64,000 nucleotides of DNA from contig JAYWIR010000002.1 of assembly GCA_036172245.1 (NCBI GenBank), forward strand, positions 5,084,001 to 5,148,000. The letters are read 5' to 3'. Numbering within the stretch: position 1 is the first letter of the stretch; each line of letters starts with the position of its first letter. Positions 27,030-38,600 of this stretch are shown piece by piece. Both the position numbers and the translations under genes were made by a program. This DNA comes from Raillietiella orientalis (Eukaryota). The notes below the pieces were generated by a model. The model did no database searches. It worked only from the letters and a program-made list of their open reading frames with translations, and was not told where the DNA came from.

Positions 27030-29600
27030 TTGGGGGGAAAGATACACGGCTCGAGCGAGGCGGAGTACGGCAACCTCCGGAAAGGGAGGTACGCTCGACA
27101 GCCTCTGCAGAAGATCGTGCGGAACCCACGCAAGCTGCTGTGGGTCTTGTTCACTTCCCTTACTTCAGTGCTGCCCTCCCTCAAAAACTCCAGTGGTAGC
27201 AATCAACCGGTAGACCTATAACTTGGAGACTTACACGCACCCTCTGTTGGCATGGACAATGTTAGTGTTGTGAGCCCCTCCTAAGGAGAGGAGGGGTTTT
27301 TCAGCACTCTTGAGAAACAAAAGAAAGAAAACTGGAAGAGCGAAGAACAGGAGAACTCAAAAAGATGTCCATCATCTGACCGAACTTAATAAATATGGTA
27401 CCGTCCACGCGCTGCGGGCTGAACCTAGCCCCTTCGAAGGCTTCGAAGTCTTTAGTGCTGCTGTGGACGGAAATCCTGGGGAAAACGGCCAAAGAAGCAG
27501 CGGAATACACTTGAATGGATTTTGGCATGAAGCGCAAGGCCAACCTCTGGAATGGAGTACTCCTTCCAAAGGTCCTCTTCGGGGTGGCCTTCGCCAGGAT
27601 GAACAAGGATACCACGAGAGAAGTAGAGAAGCTGCAGCGGAAAACACTGTGGGGCCACTACCGCCCAAGAGTTCGTCTGAAACCCCTGTGTCGTCCCAGA
27701 GAAGAGGGCGGTTCCGGGATAAAGTCGCCCCTAGATCAAGAACACCGTCCAGGCACACCAAACGCCCAGTCCCCCCTAGAGCATAGTCCCAAATTCAGTC
27801 CCCAAAAGAAATGAACTTAAGAAAACTATTGATCTGTGACCTGTCTTGAGTAAATGTGTTTTGTAGCGTGAATGTGGATAGATAAATTTACCCCACCCCT
27901 CGTGGGGCTGGGGAAACTCGAGTGCTTTCAGTGCTGCCAAAACAAAGGCACACCCTTAGAGGTGTGCCCCGAAAAGAACCCCCACGACGTTCCCGCCGGA
28001 AAAAAGGGAAAACGCGAGGTTAAAGATAAGAAAGCCCGGAAACCTGGTAATGTTTTCACCACACCGGCGCCCAAAGAGGCTACGCAGACCTCCACTTCAG
28101 GGAAAACTGAGCATGCCCGAGGACGCACGCGAAGAGACTGTGATAGATGCTGGTGAAAAAAGAAACAGAAACAAGGCGAAGAAAGCCTTTACCAGAAGCA
28201 TCGAGAAATGCCTGAACAAGTCGCCGATGTAATGGAATGCTCGGTGAGCATCGAACGCGTCCCCGCGCTCGAGCTGAGCCAGAGTCCGTTTGAAAGACCT
28301 CTGTGCTCCGCGTAGGAATGGTGGAATGGAACTTCTTGCCCTGGAGCGAATGGAGCGACAGCTCCAATTCTGCAGACTCGCCCTTGAGCCCAAACTCTGG
28401 ACTGCACTTTGGTGCGCTCTGGCAAGGATTCTCTCCAAACAGGTGACCGACTGCGAAGGACTGACCTCAGCCATCGTGGCCACCGAGAGGAGTCTGGGCC
28501 ATCTTGGCCGCCAGCTCCTACACATGGTTGCTTTGGCCCAAAGAAATCCCTGAATCTCCGTCCTCCCTGCGAACTGGATTGCCTGGCTGCAGGAGTCCGT
28601 TTTCGCATGGGGAAGAATCAACCGCAAGGGCGCGGCAGAGTTCATTTGCCTTCGGAACAGCAGATACTCTCGCCAGCCGCTGAGAGAGATTCTGGGGAAA
28701 ACCAGGAATCTGCTGTGGACTTCGTTCACCATCCTTGCCCCAGTGCTGCCATACCTAAGGGATGCTATGGACAGCCAACTTCCAGAGAGATGGGAAGTGA
28801 CTTGTGTGATAGGGAGCAGAAAAAAACATCTGGGTGAGTGAACAACGCGGGAGCTGGCGAACGCCGCGACCCCGAGTGTCCCGCCCAAAGGACTGCCACA
28901 CCGGGGAGAGCTGCTACAAATCCCTCCGGAGGAGGTACAGTGGTCCCCAGAGTGTTGGAGCAGTGCTATCCTCCCACCAAAGTGGCAGGAGTCGGCGACC
29001 CTGCTGCTGCATTGGGGCCTTCCGTGCAATGTCCGCCGACACCATCGGACCCGGCGCGCTGTAAGCCCGAACTACGGCAGGTGCGGCGAGAGAGAGTCCC
29101 TCGCGCACTGCTCATGGATTGTGTTTCCCCCCGTCCCATATGGGAACTCATTGCAGCGTCCCTGCGGATCCCAGAGAGCAATCCCAGAGACGCTTTAAAG
29201 TGCTCTTCCTGCGTAACTCCCTCACGCCGGCCGCATCCCTAGCAGCACTTTGCTGCCTACGCGGGATTGTGGCTGCATGGAGCAATGTCAGAGCAGGCCG
29301 GAACGAGAGGGACGCCATCTACTGTTCGGTCCTCTTCATGAGGATAGCGTCAAGATAGTCCCATTTGGGTATCCGGAACTTGCCGGCACTCTGGCACGTA
29401 TGCAGAGGACGCCCTCCAGCAGCCTGTGATCCCCTCCCGAACCTCCCAAAGTGTTTCATTTATTTTTACTCTGTCCTTTTTTTTCTTTGTCCCTACCCTC
29501 TATGATGCCGAGGTGCAACTCGCCGACTTAAGTTCCGGTTCTCGGCAGGTTCCCTCCGTGATGTGGCAGGGCCAAGCATCCTGCCACTGACTTGCATGTT
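27030..29600 (+). mobile_element. Mosaic of Tx1/L1-clade LINE fragments (ORF2 C-terminal region, ORF1 knuckle, 3' end)
   Basis: LWNGVLLPKVL...LW...LCRPREEGGSG; LCAPRRNGGMELL; degenerate CGxxESLxH finger; 27030-27190 is homologous to the reverse of ~49830-49985; polypyrimidine 3' UTR with hairpins. Confidence 0.8.
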
Positions 29601-29949
29601 TTGTTTTTTACCAAAAAACGTTAGGCGCAACCTGGTGACAAACCACGAGCATGGGAACGCGGGACTTCTCACCGGAGAAAGTCCTGCGCCCCGACGCCTG
29701 GGAAGGGGATGGAGACCGAAGGGACCACTCAGATGATCCTGGTGCCCACTGACCCTGAAAGCTAGCCGTCCACTCAGGGGATGGGTAACCCATGACTAGT
29801 TTCCCACACCAATGTATTTTTATTACTTTCCCCGTAATAAATGCAAGGCATAACCGGATGGTAATCATCCTAGGCTACTAGTTACCATCTCCCCATAAGG
29901 TGACTACTGACCTTTAAAAAAAAAAAGAAGGAAAGCAAGGAAGTATCGT

Positions 29950-32320
29950 GTCCATGCTTGAAAAGTTTATTCCTTCATTGACCATGTTTTCTTTGAGATG
30001 TTTTCTCGGTCTTTCTTGGTTTGTTTCCAGATCCTCCGTTTCCAGGCGAAGGAAGAAGCATTGGTAGCCAACCAATTAGGTGTTCGTTTGGCGAACTGTT
30101 CAAGTAGACTCCGTAAATTCCCGGTAACCACTGTTACGCGATTAGACGTCAGAACAATTCCTGAAGAAGCAAACGGGAGGAAATACCAGGGAGATAAGAG
30201 ATATTTGGCAAAGCAGGAAACCAAACCCTCTCATTCCACTGAAAAATGCGTAACAGAGGAAAACACCAAACTCTTGGAGTGATTAGAAGAGTGAGCTATT
30301 CTCAAATTCAGGGGATATATCACGTTTTTCGTCGTAAATCCAACGACGGAAGTTCAGTTGTGGATTGATGGTCAGAATCCCCACTCCCGATTTTATCCAG
30401 CTCCTTTGACAATGGAAGGTCAATTCCTCTGTTGGTTGAGAAATTATCTGCTTTTGGCATTTGATCGGACAGAATCGGGATGGAAGGCACCGCAAGTGTT
30501 GAGCAGCTAAGCATCGAAATCCAAACAATCCACTCACGCAATGCGGCAGCGACATTGGGAGCCTTTGGTCAAAAAGAAAGGCCTCGAGAAGAGCGAAATC
30601 CCGCTGGAGATTCAACAGAAAACCCAACAAAATGGTCGACGGTATCATCTTCAGCAGCAGCATGAGGAGGAAGATTACATCCGTCGTGAGAGCACTAAGG
30701 AGGGAACACGTATGGCAATACTCAATCCAGAGACACATGAGTCAAGGGAAAGCCATGCAGCGTGTGGTCATGCACTACGCCTCAAGCTTCTTTTCGACCA
30801 ACCAACGGAAGTCACCTGAGATTCCAGCAGATTCCAGGACTACAACTTTATCCACGAAGCCAGACTAAAGGTCCTACCAGTCAGGGCTGGGCCAAGAATG
30901 AAACCGGAAGAACCCATATATTGGTGCCTCTGGGCAGAAGACGAAGCGTTGTCCCACATACTAAACAGATTCAAGAGACACGTTCTTCTGTCTATGGCAC
31001 ATCACAACGCAATTCAGATGATCAGAAAGGCAGCAGTGATAAAAAAGCGAAATGGACTCTTTTGTCCAGCAACCAGAGAGTTCCAAGCACAAATTTCCTC
31101 CTAAAACAGGATCTATTAATGAAAAATGGAAACCAGGTGTCAGTGCTAGACGTCTGCTGCTCATACGACAATGGAAGAGAGGCATTCAGCACAGCCAAAA
31201 GAAGCAAATCAGATCAAATCATTTTTTGCCCGCGTCGGAGGCTCTGTGGTTAAGGCTTCCGCGTGTGGCACCATGCATCGCGGATTCGAATACTTCGGCA
31301 GATAACTGACGCCACTGCGTCGTTTGGGTTCCACGTTTCTCCTGCAACGGCGCTGATTGGCCGAGGCATTCGGGCGTGGCCCCGGCGGTGGATAAAGCCG
31401 GACGCCTCCCGATGAAGGCCGGAACAATGGGAGTCGACCTTCGGGTCCTCCCGGGAATAAAGGAGTGGGGAGTTCCCCCTCCGGTCGTGCAACGGAGAGC
31501 GGACCCCCGTCACCGGGGGACCGCCTCCGGTTTCAAGATGGAGCAGGAGCCCTCACGGGCACCTCTCCAGTTGTTCAAAGGAGCGGACCCCTCCTGTTGG
31601 GGGAACCCTCCGAGTCGTCGCCTCTTCACAGAGTGCACAAGGAAGCAAGCGAGAGCGATTCCCTGCGGGAAGCTGCAGCGCCCCTTCTGAGTTTCGGAAG
31701 CGTCTCTTCGGGGTTCTCTTCAGAGGAGTGAACAGGAGCGGTTCCCTTGTGGTTTCCCTCCGGAGAAGAAATTCCTACAAGCGGATCCTTTCCGGGTTCC
31801 CTTCGGAGAAATTGAAATGGAGGGGACCACCCCCCATTAGGGGGGTGTCCCTCCGGAGAGAATGAAAAAAAAAGAAAAAAAAAGAAGCAAATCAGAAAAT
31901 GCAAGGATCTAGCCCTATAGCTGGGAAAAGTGGGAAAGCCATGCAAGGCACATGCATTCATCGTTGGCCATCTGAGAGCCCGGGATCGAGGAAATGAGGA
32001 AGTACTGCAGGATCTGGGAATCCCAAAGAAGAAATTGGTGGAAATGAGACACCAGATAGGGACTTCGTGTATCCGGCGGTAATCAAGTGGTATCTATGCA
32101 GCCCACCTCTCAAGGAAAGCCGACAATCAGCCGAAGAACAATCTGTGCTTCTGCTCTTACAGTGCAATCTGCTCTTACAATACGGAAGCCAGGAAGCAGA
32201 AGAAGCATCATCATGAGGGGCGACGAGTGCCCCAAATGAACAGTGGAGGAACTGCGGAAGAATGCCCAGAGTCCTCTGTAACCAGTTATGTAACTGCAAA
32301 TATATGAATAAAGTTTGAAC
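29950..32320 (+). mobile_element. Decayed RLE-type non-LTR retrotransposon, NeSL/Utopia-like, interrupted by an insertion
   Basis: QGKAM...ASSFF, RFQDYNFIHEARLKVLPV (cf. RFADWRFIHRARLN), EALSHILN...HNAIQ, LKQDLL...VLDVCCSYDNGREAF; after the insert KCKDLA..LGK...HAFIVGHL...NEEVLQDLGI...IYAAH; AATAAA near 32308. Confidence 0.82.
31214..31883 (+). mobile_element. ~670-nt non-coding SINE-like retroposon with A-rich tail and 17-bp target-site duplication
   Basis: aaaagaagcaaatcaga at 31197-31213 and 31880-31896; removing the insert rejoins the RLE coding region; tRNA-like A/B-box motifs at ~31240-31292; A-rich tail at 31865-31883. Confidence 0.8.
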
Positions 32321-33299
32321 AAAGTGAATGTGTTTCACCGAAAGTGATCCAAACGACCAACAGAAATATCAAGACAGAAACATGGAAGAGGAAGAATTCA
32401 TAGATTTTTTTTTCTACAAACTGAAATTTCTCAAATGCCATTCGTGATTTTAATGAAGTCCGAAAAAGGTCATCTGCAAACAAGAGACTAAGAGCTCAAA
32501 GGATTTTACGAAGCACATTTTCGAAGTGCAAGAATGTGGGACGAGAAATCCGAAACCTGCAATCAAGGAAAGAGGATGAAGCCTGGAATCGAAGGAATTT
32601 ATTTATTCATTTTCTCATACTATTGCTTGTGTTTAACAGACAGTTCACAATATTCAGGAACACAGTGTTCTTGCATGGAATCACCTTTTTATTCATCCTG
32701 TCCAATACTTTGTTCGGAGTTTCTATCTCACTTGGCAGATTTTTAAATATTTGTTTCGATAAAGCGTTTTGCTCATCTTCCACGCATCCTTCGATGAATC
32801 GGCGAATGAATGATATTTTTGCTCATTTCAGAATCATTCTCTAAAAAAAAATAGAAGTTATTGAAAAAAGACTTAACTCCTTATGAATATTGATTATTTC
32901 ATAGTTTCTCCGTAATTTTTTGTTGCATCTCATTGTTTGGAAACCAAAGGCGTTCTCGTAAGTAGATGTTTAACTGGCCTCTGGCACCACAAAAATTGTA
33001 TTTGTGTCAAGTTCTGAATCGCCAAGTTATCTTCCTCTGAGTCCTAGACGACGCCAGTTTTAATTTCGGTGATTTCGAGACCCTAATCTAATCACGAAAC
33101 ATAACGCTAAAGACAGCTTACATCATACAGACTCTTCAGAGCAAACTCAGGTGCAGTGTTCCATCTCTGCATAGCGTCAAGCAGCATCTTTCACTACGGA
33201 TGCCTTCTTTATTTTTGTCCAAAATCACAGAGGAATGCAAAAAAGAAATGTTCCTGAGATTGCACATTTCTTATCTAACGTAACCTTTATCGATCCATG

Positions 33300-35230
33300 G
33301 ATTAGTGGTAATTTGAAATAAGGTTGCTCCAAAGCAGTTGAGCACTGTTTTCGAAGAGTTCCAAGAAGAATGAAATCTTTCCTGCGAAACCGCTACGTGA
33401 TTTAGACTGCTCACTATTCCTAAAACGAGTTAAACGAGGTCATTAAAATTTCTCTGAATTATCAGAATAACTTTATCAGAAGTTTTTTTTCTTTTTTTAA
33501 AGCAAGACTCGATGCTAGCATAGTTGCGTTCTTCATTACTTCTTCATTATCTGAGTGCATGAGAACCCTAGAGGAACCTATTCCGGTTTTTCACACTATT
33601 TACTGCTCATGGATTCACTTAGAAACACGGGTTACTCAAAGACCTCTCTTTAATCGTGCACAGGCAGAAGTGTATTTTGTTTGCTGCATTGGATGCTGTG
33701 ACGACGGATAGCGTAAGCCTCACTTACCATATGCTGCGTGAAGCAGCAGTATCACCAGCAGCTTTTGTGTTGCAAATATCAAAGTTACTCGATGCTTTGG
33801 AATGTGTTTTGGGAATGACTGCATCAGATCTCCACTCTCTAGTGAGTATCGGTTGATTCTGCTCCATTGCCACTGATGGTTTTTCCTCATTCAGTATAAT
33901 TGAGCCGCACGACGTGAAGTGAGCAGAGTCATAGATTGCAGGATTCTATGGGCTTGCCATGTTGCTCCTTCATATTATGAATGGTGAAAGTGCTGAGAGC
34001 ACGAAGTTCACACGGATTTTTGTGTCTTTTATCTAGGAGAGGTAATCTCTCCATCCTTCCATAACAGCAGCCACATTACTCTTTCACCATTGCGACTTCT
34101 TTACTTGCGGATCGTTAACCTTTTTGCCTTTTTCACCTTCGGGGCCAATTGGCTACGTGAAACGCAATACAAATATTTCCAGTAAAGGTACTGCGCATGC
34201 ATACAGTACTTGTGCTCTTTATAGATAAGAGTGACAGGGCATGTGCCATTCTTAGGGTTGGAGTGCAGTATCCGATGCTCTACAGCAGTAGATCGAATCT
34301 TTTGATTCTAGTTACGAATTTGAATTGTAGCAAAGTTCTCACTCCGAACATGAAGTTTGGGATTCACCGTGAGCTTCTGCACCTTCTGATTTCGGATGTT
34401 GGTTACCTGCTTTGACAAGTCAGTGTCCAAGTACCACTGTTTTACTATCGGCGGGGAGCTCCACTGTTGATTTCATGATTAAGTGCAAGGATTGGATGAT
34501 CAGATATGCTCGATTATCTATCCATTACCTGTACCAAAGCACGGATTCGAATGATTACTTCTGGCTGAACGTAAATTTATGTGATTGGTATGGATGGGTT
34601 TTCTTTCCCATAAACCGAAACAGAGTTTCGAGTTATGGCTTGCTTTTGTGGAATTTCTCTCAAATTAGCATTTTTTTCTTCCTTTTTTTTTTTTCATTTG
34701 TCCGATATGAATAGTTTTCCTTTAAAATTACATATTCGCATGAGTGACATCCATGAAATTCATCGAGAACCTCTTGTGTAATCGCAGCACTCTTCTGTTG
34801 GATATTAAGGTGTGGTTGATTCACGAAGCGTTACCTTTAAATAGTTTGTCTTTTGAGAGTATTCTTCCTTTGACGACATCCTATATGTCTGCCTTCTCTT
34901 TTATGGGGGTAAGGAAATAGGTGGAGATTAAGAGTTGCAAACAAGAGTGTTGTAAGCAACTTTGTGGGTAGCAATTGAAAGCTTTATCATTAACACTGCA
35001 GTCATTCAGCTGTAAATTAGAAACACTGTTCGAATGCCACAAATCAGAACAGAATTTGGTCAAGTACTATCTTTTCTCTAACTTGGGGGGTCAGTTTGCA
35101 GCCCCTCAAACAAATTTTCTCGAGAATCTGATCCCCATAAAATCCAGAGTTCGTTTCCATGGTCGAAGGACATGTATTCTTCATCACATGGAAATGTAAT
35201 CTTCAGTTTGGTTTCCTGGAAGTGTTGAAG
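33300..35230 (-). pseudogene. Decayed nucleoprotein-like ORF (putative EVE, family A); core 33780-34360
   Basis: AAVMEGWRDYLS*IKDTKIRVNFVLSALSPF aligns to ASVLSGDFSNYLLDLEWIISRRTFRDRGVSPF (60.0-60.1 kb); RFDLLL*SIGYCT to RF*DSLSSYTYST; DSAHFTSCGS..PSVAME to KSTVFPYMPS..PFSAMS. Outer limits uncertain. Confidence 0.55.
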
Positions 35231-35643
35231 AAAAAGAATCGTAATGTTTTCAGATTATAACGTATGTGAGAAAGAGATGACACCGTTTTATTTCACTGTA
35301 ATTGCAAGTGTGTGCAGAGTGCTTTCCCGTAGTTCAGCGGAGTTGCTGGTTGCATTTTAAATTTGAACCGACTTATGCAAGCGTGTGCTGCACTTGCAGC
35401 CCGTCCACTGAATGCTTCTTTATGTAATTACGTTCTATTAGATCAATATTGCCCAGCGATGTGAAGTGTTAGATCCACTGGTAAAAATTCGTGTGTATGA
35501 GATTTCTACTCAAACTTTTGTGTGTGCACTTAATATTTCACTTAAGGTGTATGTGATTAGGAGTTTGAGTGTATTTGTAAAGGAAGCGAAAACTTAATGA
35601 ACCGCGCCAATAATGATGTTTTCATTGTTACAGCAATTGGACG

Positions 35644-38600
35644 ATGGATGCCAAACTTTTGATGGAAAATGGACCATTTATAAGGTTGCGGAGAATAAGT
35701 TTACAGGCAATAGATACATACGGGTAAGTGTCAATGGAGGGGAATATGCAGTTTGTTTAATCATATTGAAATTGGAATGTTCTTATTAGAAAGATCTAAT
35801 AATGGCCTTAATGAACTTTAAATGCTTCTTTAAATTCCTCATGGTTTCACTGAGTTGTCCCATGCAAGTTTATGCTAAACCATTTCCTTCTCGTTGCACA
35901 CGTAGAAAGTAAAAGTTGAATACTTACTTTTGCTAATACAGCGCGAATTGGTACCTCATTTCTTTATGATTTGATGATTTAATTGTCCCCATGTTTAATT
36001 AAGTCATATAATCACCTGAACTTTAAAGAAAGCAAGTTAAATCTGTGTCCAGAGTGATAATAACTGGTACTAGGTGAAGGGTCACTTTTGACAAGTCAGA
36101 TCAGAAATTTTGTAATCATAGCAAGTGATTTTTTTTTTTTATAAACAGCTTTCTCTGTATTCTGTCTGGAAGACTAGTTTCTGTACAAGTATCTTGGAAC
36201 TTGCGAAATAGTGTATATTTAGAACAGAAAGTACTTTCAGACGAGTGATTAGTTTCTTGGCCCTAGTTTTGGATCATTTTTCACATGTGTGTAATCTTGG
36301 GCAGTCACTTTAGTTTTGGGCTGTTTACTTTTAACAGAAAGAAGTATTTGAAAAGTATCACTAAATGTAATGATATTCTGTGATACATTTGGTGCCAGAA
36401 AAGGAACTTTATTTCCAATTAGACTCTTTAACGCATGTTTATCAACTTGAAATCTTAAAAATTTAGTGCAAACAGATAAATCATTCTGCATTGAAGCTAA
36501 CTTTATCCTAGAAATCCTTGTTTTCCATCTGAGTATATAAAGATGGTATTTATTCAACTTCATTAACTCTTTATTCGTGCATATGTATTTAATATCACAG
36601 GCATGGCTTATGTGATTACTGAAACAGGAAAAAATTGATTATTAAATGTCCACAGAAGTAACACAGATCATGCATGAATGGCATGCACCAGTACTGATGC
36701 CACAGAAAATGGAAGCACACATGTTTTAAAACAGCAAAGTTGTGGAAGTTTTTTAAAGTAGCATTATTGGAGTACAACACCAGATCATAATCCTGGAATT
36801 AAATTTATTATGCAAATGACAATAAATTCAAAGTGCCCTAGAAAATGACTTCATTGAAATAAAATTGTAGTTAATGAGGTACAGTTAGTGTTCATGTCTA
36901 CAGATAGCTGGTTTTGTAGTAGTAGTTGTACAACTATTCTAAACAAACAAAGTGTAATGTAGATTTGTAGATGAAAAGTTTTCGATGACTTGAGTTTATG
37001 AGTCTATTTATAATTTACTTTCTTAATGATTCTGGAAAATGGATCATGTCTATCATGCTGGTGTTTTATTACCAAAAACTGGTGGATTCAGGAGTACATT
37101 AGGTTCATTGTTTAAACAAAATTTAAAGAACTGGCTAACAGAAGTAGTAGTGCATTACATGCAGCAGTGTAAAAGAGAATATAATTATTGAGATATTGGT
37201 GAAGGATTCTGGTTGTCAAATTAACTGTGAAGATCTATATTGTATATTGTTTGAGATTCATTCTTATACTTGTTTTTGTTTTAGCAGAAAAATATTTTTC
37301 TGTTGCCATTGTAATGTTTTGTGTATTCGAAAACCAGTTCATACCCAATAAAATATATTCCTTTAAGAAAATTTTTATTTGTTTGGTATTTTTGTTTTGT
37401 TAATCAATGTTATTTTTACCAACATCCTAATCCAACAAATGCATGTATCTTTATTATGAATAAGCAACACTTTAATCAGTGATTATATTGAGAGCATCCT
37501 CTCAAAGTTTTCTCCTCGATGAAACCTTGTGTGTTAGTTTTTTAGTGTTTGGTTAAAGCCTTTAACTCCTTGAGACTTTAAATCATTTAATCTTAAAAAT
37601 GTGCTCATTTCCATAATATTGAATCTTATGTGATTCAGTCTGCAGTCTAGAACAAACCGTTGTGATAGGTATTATTTTGGAATCTTGAAAGATTTAGAGA
37701 ATTTTAGTTCCATTATTAAATGCTCTGTAATTTAATTTGTGAAAAGACTTGCATTCAATGCAAGTTTCTATAATGATTTATATGTACTATGTCACTCTTT
37801 TAGGACTTTTCATGTTACTGAAGAGAACATCAATGCAATATTCCGTCACGCATCAGCTCATGCTAAAGTATCCATTAAGGAATGCAAGTCCTTAAATGTT
37901 TCCGGTAAATCAAATTGCAATTTCTTATAAACTTATTTAGTTTAAGTCTCAGTAGAATTCATTTGAAAGTCAAAGACCACTGAATTTTTTATTAACATAT
38001 TTATGATATTGTAGCATTGAATGATGATAGTGATGCTGAAACCACTATCTTTGATGATGCCCTTTATATTGATGAAGAAAGTAGTGGCAAAACTATAATT
38101 GACAATAAAGAAATGGAAACAAAGAGTAATCCATTTCATTCTATCCACACAGCAACAGCTGCAGTTTCACATTTTGAAAATCCGTCACAGATCACAAATG
38201 TCATTTCTGAAAAATCTATTTCATCTGGAGAGTTATATGCTAAACCATTTCCAAGTTGTGATGTGATGAAAAAGCAAACTATAGAAGAAGATACAGGACC
38301 TTCAGACTTATGTTTTCAGACTAAAGGAATGACATCTAAAACATCTAATTCTAACAAACCTGTACACAAGCTGCCTTCCGATTTATGTGATGAAGTAAAC
38401 ACTATGTTGATTGCATGGCCAACAGCATTGCAGAGTTCAGTTCCAAAGGAGCAAGAGGTTCAGAATGTGTCCGATAGCTTGAATCTACCAAACAAGCCTC
38501 AAGCCGAGGAATGTGTTTTACAAAAAAAATTAAATCAAAGACAAACAAAAGAAAAGATTTTGAAGAGTGCTAGCTCCAAAAACAGAGACAAACAAGTGAC

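Noticed and set aside
31229..31300. Functional tRNA-His gene
   Set aside because: Acceptor and anticodon stems do not pair properly; it lies inside a TSD-flanked insert.
31490..31862. CRISPR-like array
   Set aside because: Units are degenerate with irregular spacing, the context is eukaryotic and there are no cas genes.
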